Shown: positions 8,906 through 18,906 of the stretch, piece by piece
How positions within the stretch are numbered: position 1 is the first letter of the stretch
Layout of the letters: the number at the start of each line of letters is the position of its first letter
Assembly (NCBI GenBank): GCA_051652765.1
Contig: JBOFUV010000031.1
Coordinates: forward strand, 1 to 25,260
Source: Microcoleaceae cyanobacterium
Lineage (GTDB): Bacteria > Cyanobacteriota > Cyanobacteriia > Cyanobacteriales > Microcoleaceae
Direction: 5' to 3'
Length of the DNA: 25,260 bases
Position numbers and translations under genes: made by a program
Notes under the pieces: generated by a model
What the model saw: the letters and a program-made list of their open reading frames with translations, nothing else
What the model was told of the DNA's origin: nothing
Databases searched by the model: none

Positions 8906-11050
8906 ATGTTGAGTCTTGCAACTCACAAATTATCAGAACTCTGTTGCCGAAGTTCAATTGGCAAACTGTTGCCGGATGCCCTGTATGTTCATGTCTCTGC
9001 ATTGAACACCCTTGATCCCCAACTGCAAGATTATGAACGCCAAGCCCGACTGATTGCGGGAGAGATCCAACAGGCAACTCTGGTCAAGTTCAGTTTGAGT
9101 CAAGTCAAAGTTGCTTACTTATTCTACCCTGATTTCAATACTGATCCGCATCCTGCCCTACACCAAAGCATTCAGGTGAACTTGAATACGCTTCAAGCCA
9201 AGGTTCAAGATTTTAGTGATCGTGCCAATCCTCCCATTCTGCATCGCAAGGAAACCTTTGTTACCCCTGAATATCTGTACTACAAGCAGTTTTCCCACTT
9301 AACCCAACAGGAAGAGTCACTGGGATTGTTGGAGAATTCCCGCACCATCGGCACATTGAAGGGATGGTCACAGCGATTGCAGGAAAAGCGAATTGAGGTT
9401 CACGATCATTGTCTGGCTTGCCCTTTGACTGTTGCCGAACCTTCACCCCCCTTGGATCGCCCTGCCAACGTCAACTCCAACAGTGATTCTAATGATGGTT
9501 TTAATGGTGATTTTCATCAAAAGTCTGATCCTAAAATTGAGCGGCATAAGGCAGCCATTTTTCGGGTGGGGGCATCGAAGCCTGTGCGGTTGGGGTTGGA
9601 GGCAGGTTTGTTTGGAACTGTAACCACCTTCTTTGACTACGGTTGCGGTCATGGAGTGGACATTGAATTCATTCACCAGCAGGGTTATGTCAGTTCTGGC
9701 TATGACCCCTATTACCGACTGGATTCAGAACGGGTGGTGGCAGAGGTGGTGAATCTGGGCTATGTGATCAATGTGATTGAAGACCCAGCGGAACGACGGC
9801 AGGCGTTACTGAAAGCTTGGGAATTAACCCAGAAGGTGTTGATTGTGGCGGCTCAGGTGCTAATTGATGACCGTCGTTATGGGTCTATTGCTTATGGGGA
9901 TGGGGTGATTACCCGTCGGAATACGTTTCAGAAATATTACGAGCAGGAGGAACTCAAAGCCTACATTGACCAGGTGTTGGGAGTAGATGCGGTGGCGGTG
10001 GCCCTAGGGATTTACTTTGTGTTTCGGGATGAGGCTCAGGCGGAGAGTTTTCGGGCTTCACGGTTTCGGTCACGGGCCACTGCGCCGAGGGTACGGGCGG
10101 GCGTTAAGCGGTTTGAGGAGTACAAAGAACTGTTACAACCGTTGATGGACTTCTTCACGGAGCGGGGGCGATTGCCAACAGTGGCAGAGATTGAACCGGC
10201 TGAGTTTACCGCAGTCCAGGAACAGTTCGGTAGCCTGAAACGGGCGTTTCGGGTGGTGCTGCAAGCCACCGATGTAGAAGAGTGGGATGCTATCAGTGAG
10301 AAACGTCGTCAGGATTTGTTGGTGTATTTGGCCTTGAGTCAGTTTGGTCGTCGCCCCAAATTCAAAGATTTAACCCTTTCCACGCAGAATGACATCAAGG
10401 CATTGTTTGGAACCTATCAACAGGCTTGTGCCGCAGCGGATTTGATGTTGATGAGTTTGGGGAATCTGAAAATTCTGGGCAATCGCTGTCGCAGTAGTGA
10501 GGTGGGGCAGCAACATCAGAATTCCTTCTGGGTACATGTGTCGGCGTTGGAGCGACTTGATCCGCTGTTGCGGTTGTATGAAGGGTGTGCCTCTCGAACG
10601 ATTGGGCGACCGGAGGAGGTGACGGTAGTGCAATTTCATCTGAAATCGCCTCGGATTTCCTATCTCTTCTATCCCACATTTGATGCTGAACCCCATCCCA
10701 GGCTGCGAACCAGTATGCAGGTGGATCTGCAAACTGTGCAGGTACGGTATCAGGATTATGACCCCGAGGATAATCCACCGCTGCTGCACCAGAAGGAACA
10801 GGTTGTGGCTTCTGACTATCCCAATATTGAGAAGTTCATCAAGTTGAGCCAGCAGGAACGGAACTGGGGATTATTGGATGATTTGGATCGAATTCAGAAT
10901 TTACAGGGGTGGCAGAACTGTTTGGTGGAATATTGTGCCGAGTTGCGGGGGTATCGGGTGGTTTGGCGCAAAGATGCTGATCCCTATCGGGTGAAGGTTG
11001 TGAAATCGTTGCAGAGAAAACGAAGTACAAGAAGTGAAAATGGGGAATGA
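8906..11050 (+). CDS. DNA phosphorothioation-associated putative methyltransferase
   Basis: FFDYGCGHG SAM-binding motif, VVNLGYVINVIED, DGVIT.RNTFQKYY; duplicated YVHVSAL/YPDF..DPHP/NPP.LH.KE domain; dnd context. Confidence 0.85.
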   Translation: MLSLATHKLSELCCRSSIGKLLPDALYVHVSALNTLDPQLQDYERQARLIAGEIQQATLVKFSLSQVKVAYLFYPDFNTDPHPALHQSIQVNLNTLQAKVQDFSDRANPPILHRKETFVTPEYLYYKQFSHLTQQEESLGLLENSRTIGTLKGWSQRLQEKRIEVHDHCLACPLTVAEPSPPLDRPANVNSNSDSNDGFNGDFHQKSDPKIERHKAAIFRVGASKPVRLGLEAGLFGTVTTFFDYGCGHGVDIEFIHQQGYVSSGYDPYYRLDSERVVAEVVNLGYVINVIEDPAERRQALLKAWELTQKVLIVAAQVLIDDRRYGSIAYGDGVITRRNTFQKYYEQEELKAYIDQVLGVDAVAVALGIYFVFRDEAQAESFRASRFRSRATAPRVRAGVKRFEEYKELLQPLMDFFTERGRLPTVAEIEPAEFTAVQEQFGSLKRAFRVVLQATDVEEWDAISEKRRQDLLVYLALSQFGRRPKFKDLTLSTQNDIKALFGTYQQACAAADLMLMSLGNLKILGNRCRSSEVGQQHQNSFWVHVSALERLDPLLRLYEGCASRTIGRPEEVTVVQFHLKSPRISYLFYPTFDAEPHPRLRTSMQVDLQTVQVRYQDYDPEDNPPLLHQKEQVVASDYPNIEKFIKLSQQERNWGLLDDLDRIQNLQGWQNCLVEYCAELRGYRVVWRKDADPYRVKVVKSLQRKRSTRSENGE

Positions 11051-11124
11051 TGTACAGAATAGTCTTGAAAGTGGACTCAGATTGAGCCAGCATAAATTAG
11101 TACGCCGAAATGGAAGCTTAACCA

Positions 11125-13260
11125 ATGGGGCTGAGAGATCTAACGCTGCGGAATCAGTACCGAAGCGATCAGTTCGCTAACGCGGAGGGTCAGGATTTAC
11201 TGGATGATTTTTATCTTCCTTGTTTAGCTCAAGCAATTTATTATGACCGGGCCGTTGGATTTTTCTCCAGCACCTCTTTGGCGCTGGCTGCTCAAGGATT
11301 AATAGCATTTGTTAGATCCAATGGCACAATGCGGTTGGTTGCCTCGCCTTGTCTTTCCCAGGAAGATATAGAGGCCATTGAAAAGGGGCTGAAGCACAGA
11401 CAAGATGTGATTACAGCTAGAATTACGTGGGAGCTTGAACAGGAATTGGAACAGGCGGTTCAGGATCGGTTGGCTTGTTTGGCTTGGTTACTGAGTCAAG
11501 GTTTTTTGGAAATTAAGCTAGCGGTACATCGTAACGTTCAGCAAAATGGCATCTATCACGAAAAGTTGGGCATCTTCACGGATGTAGCCGGGGATCAGGT
11601 GGTATTCACCGGGTCAGCCAATGAAAGTGCTCACGCTCTGATTAATAATTTTGAATGTATTGATGTGTTTCAGTCCTGGAAAGGTGCTGATCAGGAACGC
11701 ATTGCAGAAAAAGTTCTGAATTTTCAGCGACTCTGGCAAAATCAAACTCCAAATTTAGAGGTTTTAGAGTTTCCTGAAGCTGCCAGACGTTCCCTCCTGC
11801 GCCACTGCCCAGAACAGCCCCCAACTCAAGAACCGCGAGTTCGATCAACTGTCGGTAGTTATCAGTTCAATCCTTCAACCCTGTTAACTCAGCCTCCATC
11901 CGGAATTCCGATCTTACCCAACTGGTTAGAATTGCGTCTCTATCAGCAACAGGCCGTTGATAACTGGTTCGCTAACGACGGACGGGGAACCCTGAAAATG
12001 GCAACAGGGAGTGGAAAGACGATTACAGCCCTGGCAATCGCCGCAAAACTCTATCAAAAAATTCAGCTTCAGGCATTGATCGTGGTGTGCCCATTTCGCC
12101 ATCTGGTGAAACAGTGGGAACGGGAGTGTCGCAAGTTTGGACTGGAGCCAATCCTGGCCCATGAGAGCGTTCGGATTTGGTAAAAGGATCTCTCAACCCA
12201 ACTTTTAAGTGTTCGTTCGGGCTATCAACTTTTTGTGACGGTGATCACAACTAATGCCACGCTAATCAGTGAAGGATTCCAATCTCAACTTCAATTCTTT
12301 CCCAAGAAAACCTTAATCATTGGTGATGAAGCTCATAATCTGGGGGCAAAACGGTTGGAGACAAGTCTACCCCGCAATATTGGGTTGCGATTGGCGTTGT
12401 CTGCCACTCCTGAACGTTACTTTGATGAAGTGGGAACGGAGGCGTTATTAAACTACTTTGGGGACGTGTTGGAGCCAGAATTCACCCTCAAGGATGCCAT
12501 TCAGCAGGGGGCTTTAGTGCATTACTTGTACTATCCGATTCTGGTGGAACTGACAGAGCCGGAGATTAACATCTATGCAGAACTGACAGCCAAAATCGGT
12601 CGAGTCATTGCAACTGGAGGTGAAGATGAGGACAATGAAGCCTTAACTCCACTGTTGATGCAGCGGGCCAGATTAATTGGGGCGGCGACCAATAAGCTAG
12701 AAGCCTTGCGAAAACTTATGAGCAAACGACTCAACTCGACTCATACGCTAATTTATTGTGGGGATGGCAGGGTTGAGCATGAACCCAGCGAAGAGAGTCA
12801 GCGCCAACTGGAAGCCGTTGCCAAAATCTTAGGGTATGAACTGGGCTATCGAATTAATACTTATACGGCTGAGACGACGTTGGACGAACGGGAAGATTTG
12901 CGCCAACAGTTTGAGACTGGAGAACTGCAAGGGTTAGTGGCGATCCGATGTTTGGATGAGGGAGTGGATATTCCAGCAACCCGCACTGCAATTATTTTGG
13001 CCAGTAGTAGCAATCCTCGCCAATTCATTCAGCGTCGGGGCCGGATCTTACGTCCCTATCCCCATAAACAACGGGCAGAAATTTTTGACATGATTGTGTT
13101 GCCTCCGGATCTGGGGAGGGAATCATTAGAAATAGAGCGGAATTTACTTCGCAAAGAACTCAGGCGATTTGTTGAATTTGCTGATCTTGCCGATAATGCA
13201 GGGGAAGCCAGAATCAAACTCCTGGACTTGCAACGGCGTTATGGATTACTCGATATGTAG
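11125..13260 (+). pseudogene. Dnd-associated restriction enzyme (PLD nuclease + SF2 helicase) split by an in-frame stop
   Basis: YHEKLGIF...FTGSANES (PLD), MATGSGKT, DEAH, LSATP, QRRGRILR. ORFs 11125-12183 and 12235-13260 share a frame, with a single TAA at 12181-12183 between them. Confidence 0.88.
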
Positions 13261-13271
13261 CAGGAAACATC

Positions 13272-13448
13272 ATGGCAAAACCAAAGGAACTGACGAATCC
13301 AGACATTCAGGAACCCATTAAAACAGCCCCGACTGAAGTGAAAAAGATCATTACAGAAGTGCTGAAATTAGAAAAAGATCGACAATATCAACAGAGACCT
13401 CGTGTGAATGATGAAATCTTGGAGATTATCAAACAGGCAGTTCAGTGA
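13272..13448 (+). CDS. Small protein associated with Dnd/SMC-ATPase modules (58 aa, not in ORF track)
   Basis: MAKPKELTNPDIQEPIKTAPTEVKKIITEVLKLEKDRQYQQRPRVNDEILEIIKQAVQ. AGGA RBS; fills the gap between helicase and ATPase. Confidence 0.7.
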   Translation: MAKPKELTNPDIQEPIKTAPTEVKKIITEVLKLEKDRQYQQRPRVNDEILEIIKQAVQ

Positions 13449-13515
13449 GTTCAAGTCAATTTGATTTAGTTTAATTCGGCTCAAGCTTTGTATTCCTCTA
13501 TTCTCATTTCTCTTT

Positions 13516-15582
13516 ATGAAGCTAACTTCCCTCAGACTGTGTAACTTTCGGCAATTCTACGGTGAGACTTCTAAAATTAGTCTGGCCGCAGGTGAATCCC
13601 ACAAAATTACTGTTATCCATGGGAACAATGGTGGGGGTAAAACTAGTTTATTAAATGCTTTTATCTGGGTACTGTATGGAGATGGCAAATTCTCGGCGGC
13701 TTTTGCCTCTCCCGAACAACTGGTGAATAAACGGGCGATCGCTGAACGCACAGATCAAGAACCTGTTAAATGTTGGGTCGAAGTAGAATTTGAGCACGCT
13801 GAAAAACGTTACCGTATGCGGCGGCAGTGCCAATTTAATAACACTAGTAACTCCCTGAGTAAAAGTGAACTTCAGATTAAACTGATCCAACCTGATGGTA
13901 GCTACACCTCTCCACCTGGTGATCCAGAGGATGTAATTGGTCGGATTTTGCCTGTGAGCTTGCATCAATATTTTTTCTTTGATGGAGAACGCATTGAACA
14001 AATTGTGCGTTCCGATAAGAAAAAAGAAATTGCCGAAGCAACAAAAATTCTCCTGGGGATAGAAGTGATGAGTCGCTCCATTAGACATTTGGGCGATGCT
14101 TGCAAATCTTTGGAACAAGAATTAAAGAATATTGGTAGTCCAGAAACTCAAAAACTGTTACAGCAGAAACAAAAGTTGGGTACAGAAATTGAGGTTGCTC
14201 AAACTGAACAAGAAGGTATTGAGTCAGAACTGAAACACTTTGAGGAAATTAAACAAGAAACCAGCCAGCGATTGCGAGAACTAGATGCGGTCAAAGAAAT
14301 CCAACAACGGCGAGACAATTTGACGGAGCAACAGCGGGTCACACAAGATAAGTTTGATCAGAGTAAAAGTAAACTGAAATTAGCAGTTTCCACTAAAGGT
14401 TATACCGTGATGCTGACAGAGGCGATCGCCAAATTTCGGACTCTATCGGATGAGTTGCGCCAGCGGGGAGAGCTGCCAGCAGGTATCAAGCAACAGTTTG
14501 TAGAAGATTTGTTGGAGCAGAGACGCTGCATTTGTGGGGCTGAATTGTTGCCAGGAAAACAACCCCATAACCATGTCAAAGCCTATAAGGAAAAGGCGGG
14601 ATTGGCAGATGTGGAAGAAACTGTCATTAAGATGGGGGCGCAGGTAACCACTATTGATCAGCAAGTGCCTCAGTTCTGGCAGGAAATTGATCAGGAACAA
14701 GCCAATATTCATCAACTGAAAAACTCCCTTTCACAGATTGAAAGAGATTTAGATGAAATCCATGAAAAGCTTAAAAATAACCCAGTTGAGGATATTCGTC
14801 AGATTGAGACCAAGTTGAAGGAGCATGAAGACAAAATTAATGAACTGAATCAACAATTGGGGGCAAATCAGCAAATCATTAAAGATAGGGAAACTGAAAT
14901 TCAGCGACTCAGTGAAGAGATCAAAAAACTAGAACTTAAGGAAGAAAAGCAAGCCCTTACTCAACGACGGATTGCTGCAACAGAAGATGCAATTGCTCGG
15001 CTGAAAGAGGTACAGAATCGGATTGACAAAGTGTTTCGAGTTGAGCTTGAAAAGCGAGTTCAGGAGATTTTTGAGCCGATTGTTGCGGCTCCTTATGTCC
15101 CGAAACTGACTGAGAAATATGAGTTAACCCTGGTGGAAAGAACTACGGGTCAGGATTCTCCAGTTGCGGCTTCGACGGGAGAAAATCAGATTTTGAGTTT
15201 GTCTTTTATCTGCGCGATTATTGATCGGGTGCGGGAATGGAGTAAAGGTCAATCAGGACTGTTGATGGGGCCAGACAGCGGTACATTTCCGATGGTGATG
15301 GATTCTCCCTTTGGTAGCTTGGATGAAATTTACCGCAAACGAGTTGCACAATCCCTCCCAACTTTGGCCAATCAACTAGTAATTCTAGCGAGCAAGACCC
15401 AATGGCGGGGAGAGGTTGAAACGGAGATGCGACGTTATATTGGTAAAGAATATGTTCTGGTCTACAACTCACCCAAACTGGAGGAGGCAGGCGATCAGAT
15501 TGAACTCAGCGGAAAGTCCTATCCATTAGTTAGGTTGAGTCCGAATGAGTTTGAATATACTGAGATTTTAGCAGTGAGTTGA
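13516..15582 (+). CDS. SMC/Rad50-like ATPase (DndD-related, CxCG hook)
   Basis: GNNGGGKTS Walker A, YFFFDGE, long coiled coils, CICG, STGENQ signature, MDSPFGSLD Walker B/D-loop. Confidence 0.9.
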   Translation: MKLTSLRLCNFRQFYGETSKISLAAGESHKITVIHGNNGGGKTSLLNAFIWVLYGDGKFSAAFASPEQLVNKRAIAERTDQEPVKCWVEVEFEHAEKRYRMRRQCQFNNTSNSLSKSELQIKLIQPDGSYTSPPGDPEDVIGRILPVSLHQYFFFDGERIEQIVRSDKKKEIAEATKILLGIEVMSRSIRHLGDACKSLEQELKNIGSPETQKLLQQKQKLGTEIEVAQTEQEGIESELKHFEEIKQETSQRLRELDAVKEIQQRRDNLTEQQRVTQDKFDQSKSKLKLAVSTKGYTVMLTEAIAKFRTLSDELRQRGELPAGIKQQFVEDLLEQRRCICGAELLPGKQPHNHVKAYKEKAGLADVEETVIKMGAQVTTIDQQVPQFWQEIDQEQANIHQLKNSLSQIERDLDEIHEKLKNNPVEDIRQIETKLKEHEDKINELNQQLGANQQIIKDRETEIQRLSEEIKKLELKEEKQALTQRRIAATEDAIARLKEVQNRIDKVFRVELEKRVQEIFEPIVAAPYVPKLTEKYELTLVERTTGQDSPVAASTGENQILSLSFICAIIDRVREWSKGQSGLLMGPDSGTFPMVMDSPFGSLDEIYRKRVAQSLPTLANQLVILASKTQWRGEVETEMRRYIGKEYVLVYNSPKLEEAGDQIELSGKSYPLVRLSPNEFEYTEILAVS

Positions 15583-15583
15583 G

Positions 15584-16240
15584 ATGATTGAAGTTCTGAG
15601 CAAATCTCCAAAATTCATTACGGATGCTTGGGTCAAATCAACCTGGGAAGAATTTCTGCGGTTCGCTGACCAAAACGAATTGCAGCGAGGGAAGTTTTAT
15701 TATGATCAGAACTTGATGAGGATTGAAATGTTACCGATTGGGCCGCTGCATGGACATGATAATTCTGTAATTGCCAGAACAATTAGCCTGTTTGCAACTT
15801 TGAATAACATTCCGATTATGGAGTATTTGAATACGAGTTTTCGACATCCTCAAGTCCGGGAGTGTCAACCCGATGTGGCCTACTACATTGGTTCAGAATT
15901 GAAGTTGCCGCCCCGGAATGATAGCCCTGTTGATGTGACTGAATTCGAACCACCGACTCTGGTTGTGGAAGTTGCTTCAACAACGCTGAATGATGATCTG
16001 GGGCGGAAACGATTGCTCTATGAGCGGTTGGGAGTTCAGGAATATTGGGTGGTGGATGTGAAGGCGGGAGAGGTGATCGTGTTTGCGGTGGCGGATGGGG
16101 GGAGTAAGCAAGTTCAGGAATCGCAGGTGTTGCTCGGTTTGGGGTTGGAGATTGTGTTGGAGGCGTTGCAGCGGGGTCAAACGGAGGATGATGGGGCGGT
16201 GAATCGGTGGTTGTTAGAAATTTTTAGTAAGGTGAAGTAA
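15584..16240 (+). CDS. Uma2 (DUF820) family endonuclease
   Basis: QPDVAYYIG, PTLVVEVA, KRLLYERLGVQEYWVVDV. Confidence 0.9.
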   Translation: MIEVLSKSPKFITDAWVKSTWEEFLRFADQNELQRGKFYYDQNLMRIEMLPIGPLHGHDNSVIARTISLFATLNNIPIMEYLNTSFRHPQVRECQPDVAYYIGSELKLPPRNDSPVDVTEFEPPTLVVEVASTTLNDDLGRKRLLYERLGVQEYWVVDVKAGEVIVFAVADGGSKQVQESQVLLGLGLEIVLEALQRGQTEDDGAVNRWLLEIFSKVK

Positions 16241-16314
16241 TGGCAGATATACGGGTTAGGATTGCAAAAGATAAGGCGAAGTTAGTCAAAGAGTTGAGAG
16301 CTTCAGAGAGGTGA
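16240..16314 (+). pseudogene. N-terminal stub resembling DNA phosphorothioation-associated protein 4
   Basis: MADIRVRIAKDKAKLVKELRASER*, coupled to the upstream gene by a TAATG overlap. RIAKDKA.LVK resembles the cyanobacterial family N-terminus (from recall). Confidence 0.55.
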
Positions 16315-16357
16315 AGACTATCAGAATGAATTTGATTTAACTCAGTTTCTCTAAGCA

Positions 16358-16990
16358 ATGTTTGACTCTGGAAAGCATAAAAAGCCCACGCAAATTGAGA
16401 TCTTGAGTTACTACACCTACAAATTCATGCGGGTTCGGGTGGATCGAGCTTGGGGAATTGCACCACACAAACCGATTTTGCTATTATCCGTGATTGAACT
16501 CATTCGACGTGAAATTATCACAGAAAACAAGATTTTTCTCACTTCAGAACTGATTACAACATTCCTAAAATACTGGCTTTACTTCGGCTCTGAAAATCAT
16601 AATCCTGATATTTCCCGTCCTTTCTTTTTTATGCGAAGCGGGAAGTTTTGGCATCTCTGGCCGAATCCGGGTTACTCAAAGTTATTGGCTTCAAAAGTCA
16701 AGTTGAAAACTTTTGCAGAAGTAGATCGAGCGGTTAAATATGCTTATCTAGATGAAGATTTATTTGACCTGCTGCAAATTCCCAAGACCAGAGCCAGTCT
16801 AATTTTAGCATTGACAATTCAATGGTTTAAAGGTCAGCATGAATTAATTGAAGTTGTTTCTCAAATCGATTTACCATCTGAATTGCAGCACCGTTCAGAT
16901 TATCGGTGTTTAGTTACTCTCGGAAAAATTCTCTCAGAAACCCATGAACAAAAATCTCGGTTACTACATTGGGAAATTTACGAAACTTAG
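16358..16990 (+). CDS. Stand-alone sulfur-binding-domain (SBD)-like protein, paralogous to the N-terminus of the next gene
   Basis: RVDRA...APHKPILLLSVI, FL.YW, PFFFMRSGKFWHL.PNPG, YAYLDEDLFDLL; no HNH motif. Confidence 0.7.
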   Translation: MFDSGKHKKPTQIEILSYYTYKFMRVRVDRAWGIAPHKPILLLSVIELIRREIITENKIFLTSELITTFLKYWLYFGSENHNPDISRPFFFMRSGKFWHLWPNPGYSKLLASKVKLKTFAEVDRAVKYAYLDEDLFDLLQIPKTRASLILALTIQWFKGQHELIEVVSQIDLPSELQHRSDYRCLVTLGKILSETHEQKSRLLHWEIYET

Positions 16991-17918
16991 AGTAGATCGC
17001 GCAACCGGGAATCCTGCACCTCATAAACCCGTATTGCTCTTATCAGTCATTGCTTTGATTGAACAGAACATAATCCATAGAAATCGGTTTTATTTAACTC
17101 CAGAATTGATTGCAAAGTTTCTAGAGTCCTGGACAGATTTAGACATTACTTCCCATCGCTCAGATATTTCTTTGCCATTTTTTCATCTACGAGGAGATAG
17201 CTTTTGGCATTTAACCCCCAATCCAGGCTATGAAGCTGTGATTCATTCAAAGTCTAAAATCAAAGGATTAAAAGCAGTTAGAAATGCGGTTCAATATGCT
17301 TTTCTAGATGATGAATTATTTGAGTTGCTGCAGGATCAAGATGCCAGAGCAATTCTAGTTCATACTTTAATTGAAAACTGGTTCTCTGGAAAAACAGTTC
17401 AAGTGGATGGTTTATTGAAAGTTGATTCTCTGCAAAAATTACAACTGGTTTTGAGAGAAAAAGGAGGAGAAGTTTATGACACCAGTATTCTGGAAGATGA
17501 ACAGAAATTAATTGTTCGAGATGCCGCATTCCGAAGATTAGTCACTCAAATTTATGAACATCGCTGCGCCCTTTGTCGCTTGAAAATTTTTGATAACAAA
17601 AGCCAAACAATTGTCGATGGCGCACACATTAAACCCTTTGCTGAATTCCGAGATGATCGCATTGATAACGGTTTATCCCTCTGCAAAAACCATCACTGGG
17701 CCTTTGATCGGGGCTGGTTCAGTGTGGATGATTCCTACAATGTCATTGTTTCTAACGATTTGCATGAAGATTCACCGAATGCTAAAGAAGTTAAGGAGTT
17801 CCAGGAAGAAAGGATTTTATTACCCAGCAATTCTGATTATTTTCCCCGAACTGAAGCACTCGCATGGCATCGAGAGAATGTTTTTAACGAGGGACAGCCG
17901 CCAATTTTGTACTATTAA
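16944..17918 (+). CDS. SBD-HNH endonuclease (putative phosphorothioate-dependent restriction enzyme)
   Basis: N-terminal APHKPVLLLSVI/PFFHL SBD-type domain. C-terminal RDAAFR, CALC, GAHIKPF, NGLSLCKNHHWAFDRG HNH. Confidence 0.85.
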   Translation: MNKNLGYYIGKFTKLRVDRATGNPAPHKPVLLLSVIALIEQNIIHRNRFYLTPELIAKFLESWTDLDITSHRSDISLPFFHLRGDSFWHLTPNPGYEAVIHSKSKIKGLKAVRNAVQYAFLDDELFELLQDQDARAILVHTLIENWFSGKTVQVDGLLKVDSLQKLQLVLREKGGEVYDTSILEDEQKLIVRDAAFRRLVTQIYEHRCALCRLKIFDNKSQTIVDGAHIKPFAEFRDDRIDNGLSLCKNHHWAFDRGWFSVDDSYNVIVSNDLHEDSPNAKEVKEFQEERILLPSNSDYFPRTEALAWHRENVFNEGQPPILYY

Positions 17919-17996
17919 CACTGAAAAATCAAGGCTTGGTTTTATGAAAAGATCAAGTTAGGTCTGGAGAGAGTTAAGCTTAGGTTTGATCCAAGA

Positions 17997-18133
17997 TCAA
18001 CTTGAACATGAAGTAAGTTCAACCTGAACTTGATCTAAAATCAACTTGAACATGAAGTAAGTTCAATCTGAGCTTGATCTAAAGTCAACCTGAAGATGGA
18101 GTAAGTTCAACCTGAACTTGATCTAAAGTCAAC
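17997..18133. repeat. Tandem repeat, 3 x 44 bp (22-bp sub-period)
   Basis: Units start at 17997, 18041 and 18085; consensus TCAACYTGAACATGAAGTAAGTTCAACCTGAACTTGATCTAAAR. Confidence 0.9.
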
Positions 18134-18190
18134 GGGAAGTTAATACCAGAGCTGCACTAGAAATATTCTCTTCCATCAAAGAATGGAAGA

Positions 18191-18442
18191 TTAGGTCGGA
18201 TTATCATCATTGGAGCCATTAAAGTCGCTCATATAAAGCCTCCTAAACTCTGCTGCTGCATCGGGGTTCAATTTCTCTAATGCTGCCAGAATATTCATGA
18301 CTGTTTCAGAACCCGGATCTCGGATCTCATTTGCCCATCGGTAAACATTAGACACACCAATTCCCATGACCCCGGCCAGTTTTCCCTGACTGATACCGTG
18401 GCTCTGCATCACCGTTTTCAGAACTCGCCCTGCTTTCCCCAT
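18191..18442 (-). CDS. XRE-family HTH transcriptional regulator
   Basis: LKTVMQSHGISQGKLAGVMGIGVSNVYRWANEIRDP is a Cro/C1-type HTH. Confidence 0.88.
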   Translation of the reverse strand: MGKAGRVLKTVMQSHGISQGKLAGVMGIGVSNVYRWANEIRDPGSETVMNILAALEKLNPDAAAEFRRLYMSDFNGSNDDNPT

Positions 18443-18506
18443 CGCTTTTTAACATGGCTTAACCCAAGCAAGATCAATCGTGTCAGAGCTTTGCGTCTTC
18501 GTATAC

Positions 18507-18550
18507 AGTCCAAATGGACTATGGTATTCTATTCATAGACTAAATGGACT
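18507..18550. promoter_or_regulatory. Two operator-like sites flanking an extended -10 in the divergent promoter region
   Basis: Palindrome AGTCCAAATGGACT (18507-18520), variant AGACTAAATGGACT (18537-18550), and TGGTATTCT between them. Confidence 0.55.
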
Positions 18551-18599
18551 GTGACAGTTTAATGTGACAGTTCTTCCTTTCTGTTTAGGAGTACTGGAA

Positions 18600-18845
18600 A
18601 TGTTCATAGATAGAGATTCTTTAGGCGATTCGAGTCAGCCACCCGAAGGCAATTTTGCCGAATTTTCTCCAAGTGGAGAGCCTGTAAAAATGACCTTGAT
18701 CGGCACTCGTAAAACCGTTGATGTCATAGTTAGGCTGCTTCACCGACATAACATCATTTCTGGTAGCGAATGGAGCCGTCCAGTTCCGTTCAGGAATTCT
18801 GATGAGGTGATCAGCGTTGCCAGTCGAGTAGTTCAGGTTGATTAA
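18600..18845 (+). CDS. Small hypothetical protein divergent from the XRE regulator
   Basis: AGGAG RBS before ATG 18600; VKMTLIG...LH......SEWSRPVP pattern of small cyanobacterial proteins. Confidence 0.65.
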   Translation: MFIDRDSLGDSSQPPEGNFAEFSPSGEPVKMTLIGTRKTVDVIVRLLHRHNIISGSEWSRPVPFRNSDEVISVASRVVQVD

Positions 18846-18870
18846 AAACTGCACAGACGAAAGCAATAAT

Positions 18871-18906
18871 TTCAGGGGCAGATTCGAGCAACGATCTGTC
18901 CTTGAA
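18871..18906 (+). other. 13-bp RNA hairpin upstream of the Argonaute gene
   Basis: TTCAGGGGCAGAT / ATCTGTCCTTGAA. Both mismatches are G-U pairs on the + strand. No U-tract follows. Confidence 0.5.

Noticed and set aside
13516..15582. Calling this gene dndD
   Set aside because: The true DndD C-terminal signature (LSAGEKQ...DTPLGRLD...STDTE...GYF) is at 21316-21627. This ATPase has the different STGENQ/DSPFGSLD signature.
17997..18133. CRISPR mini-array
   Set aside because: Units are head-to-tail and near-identical with no unique spacers, and there are no cas genes in the window
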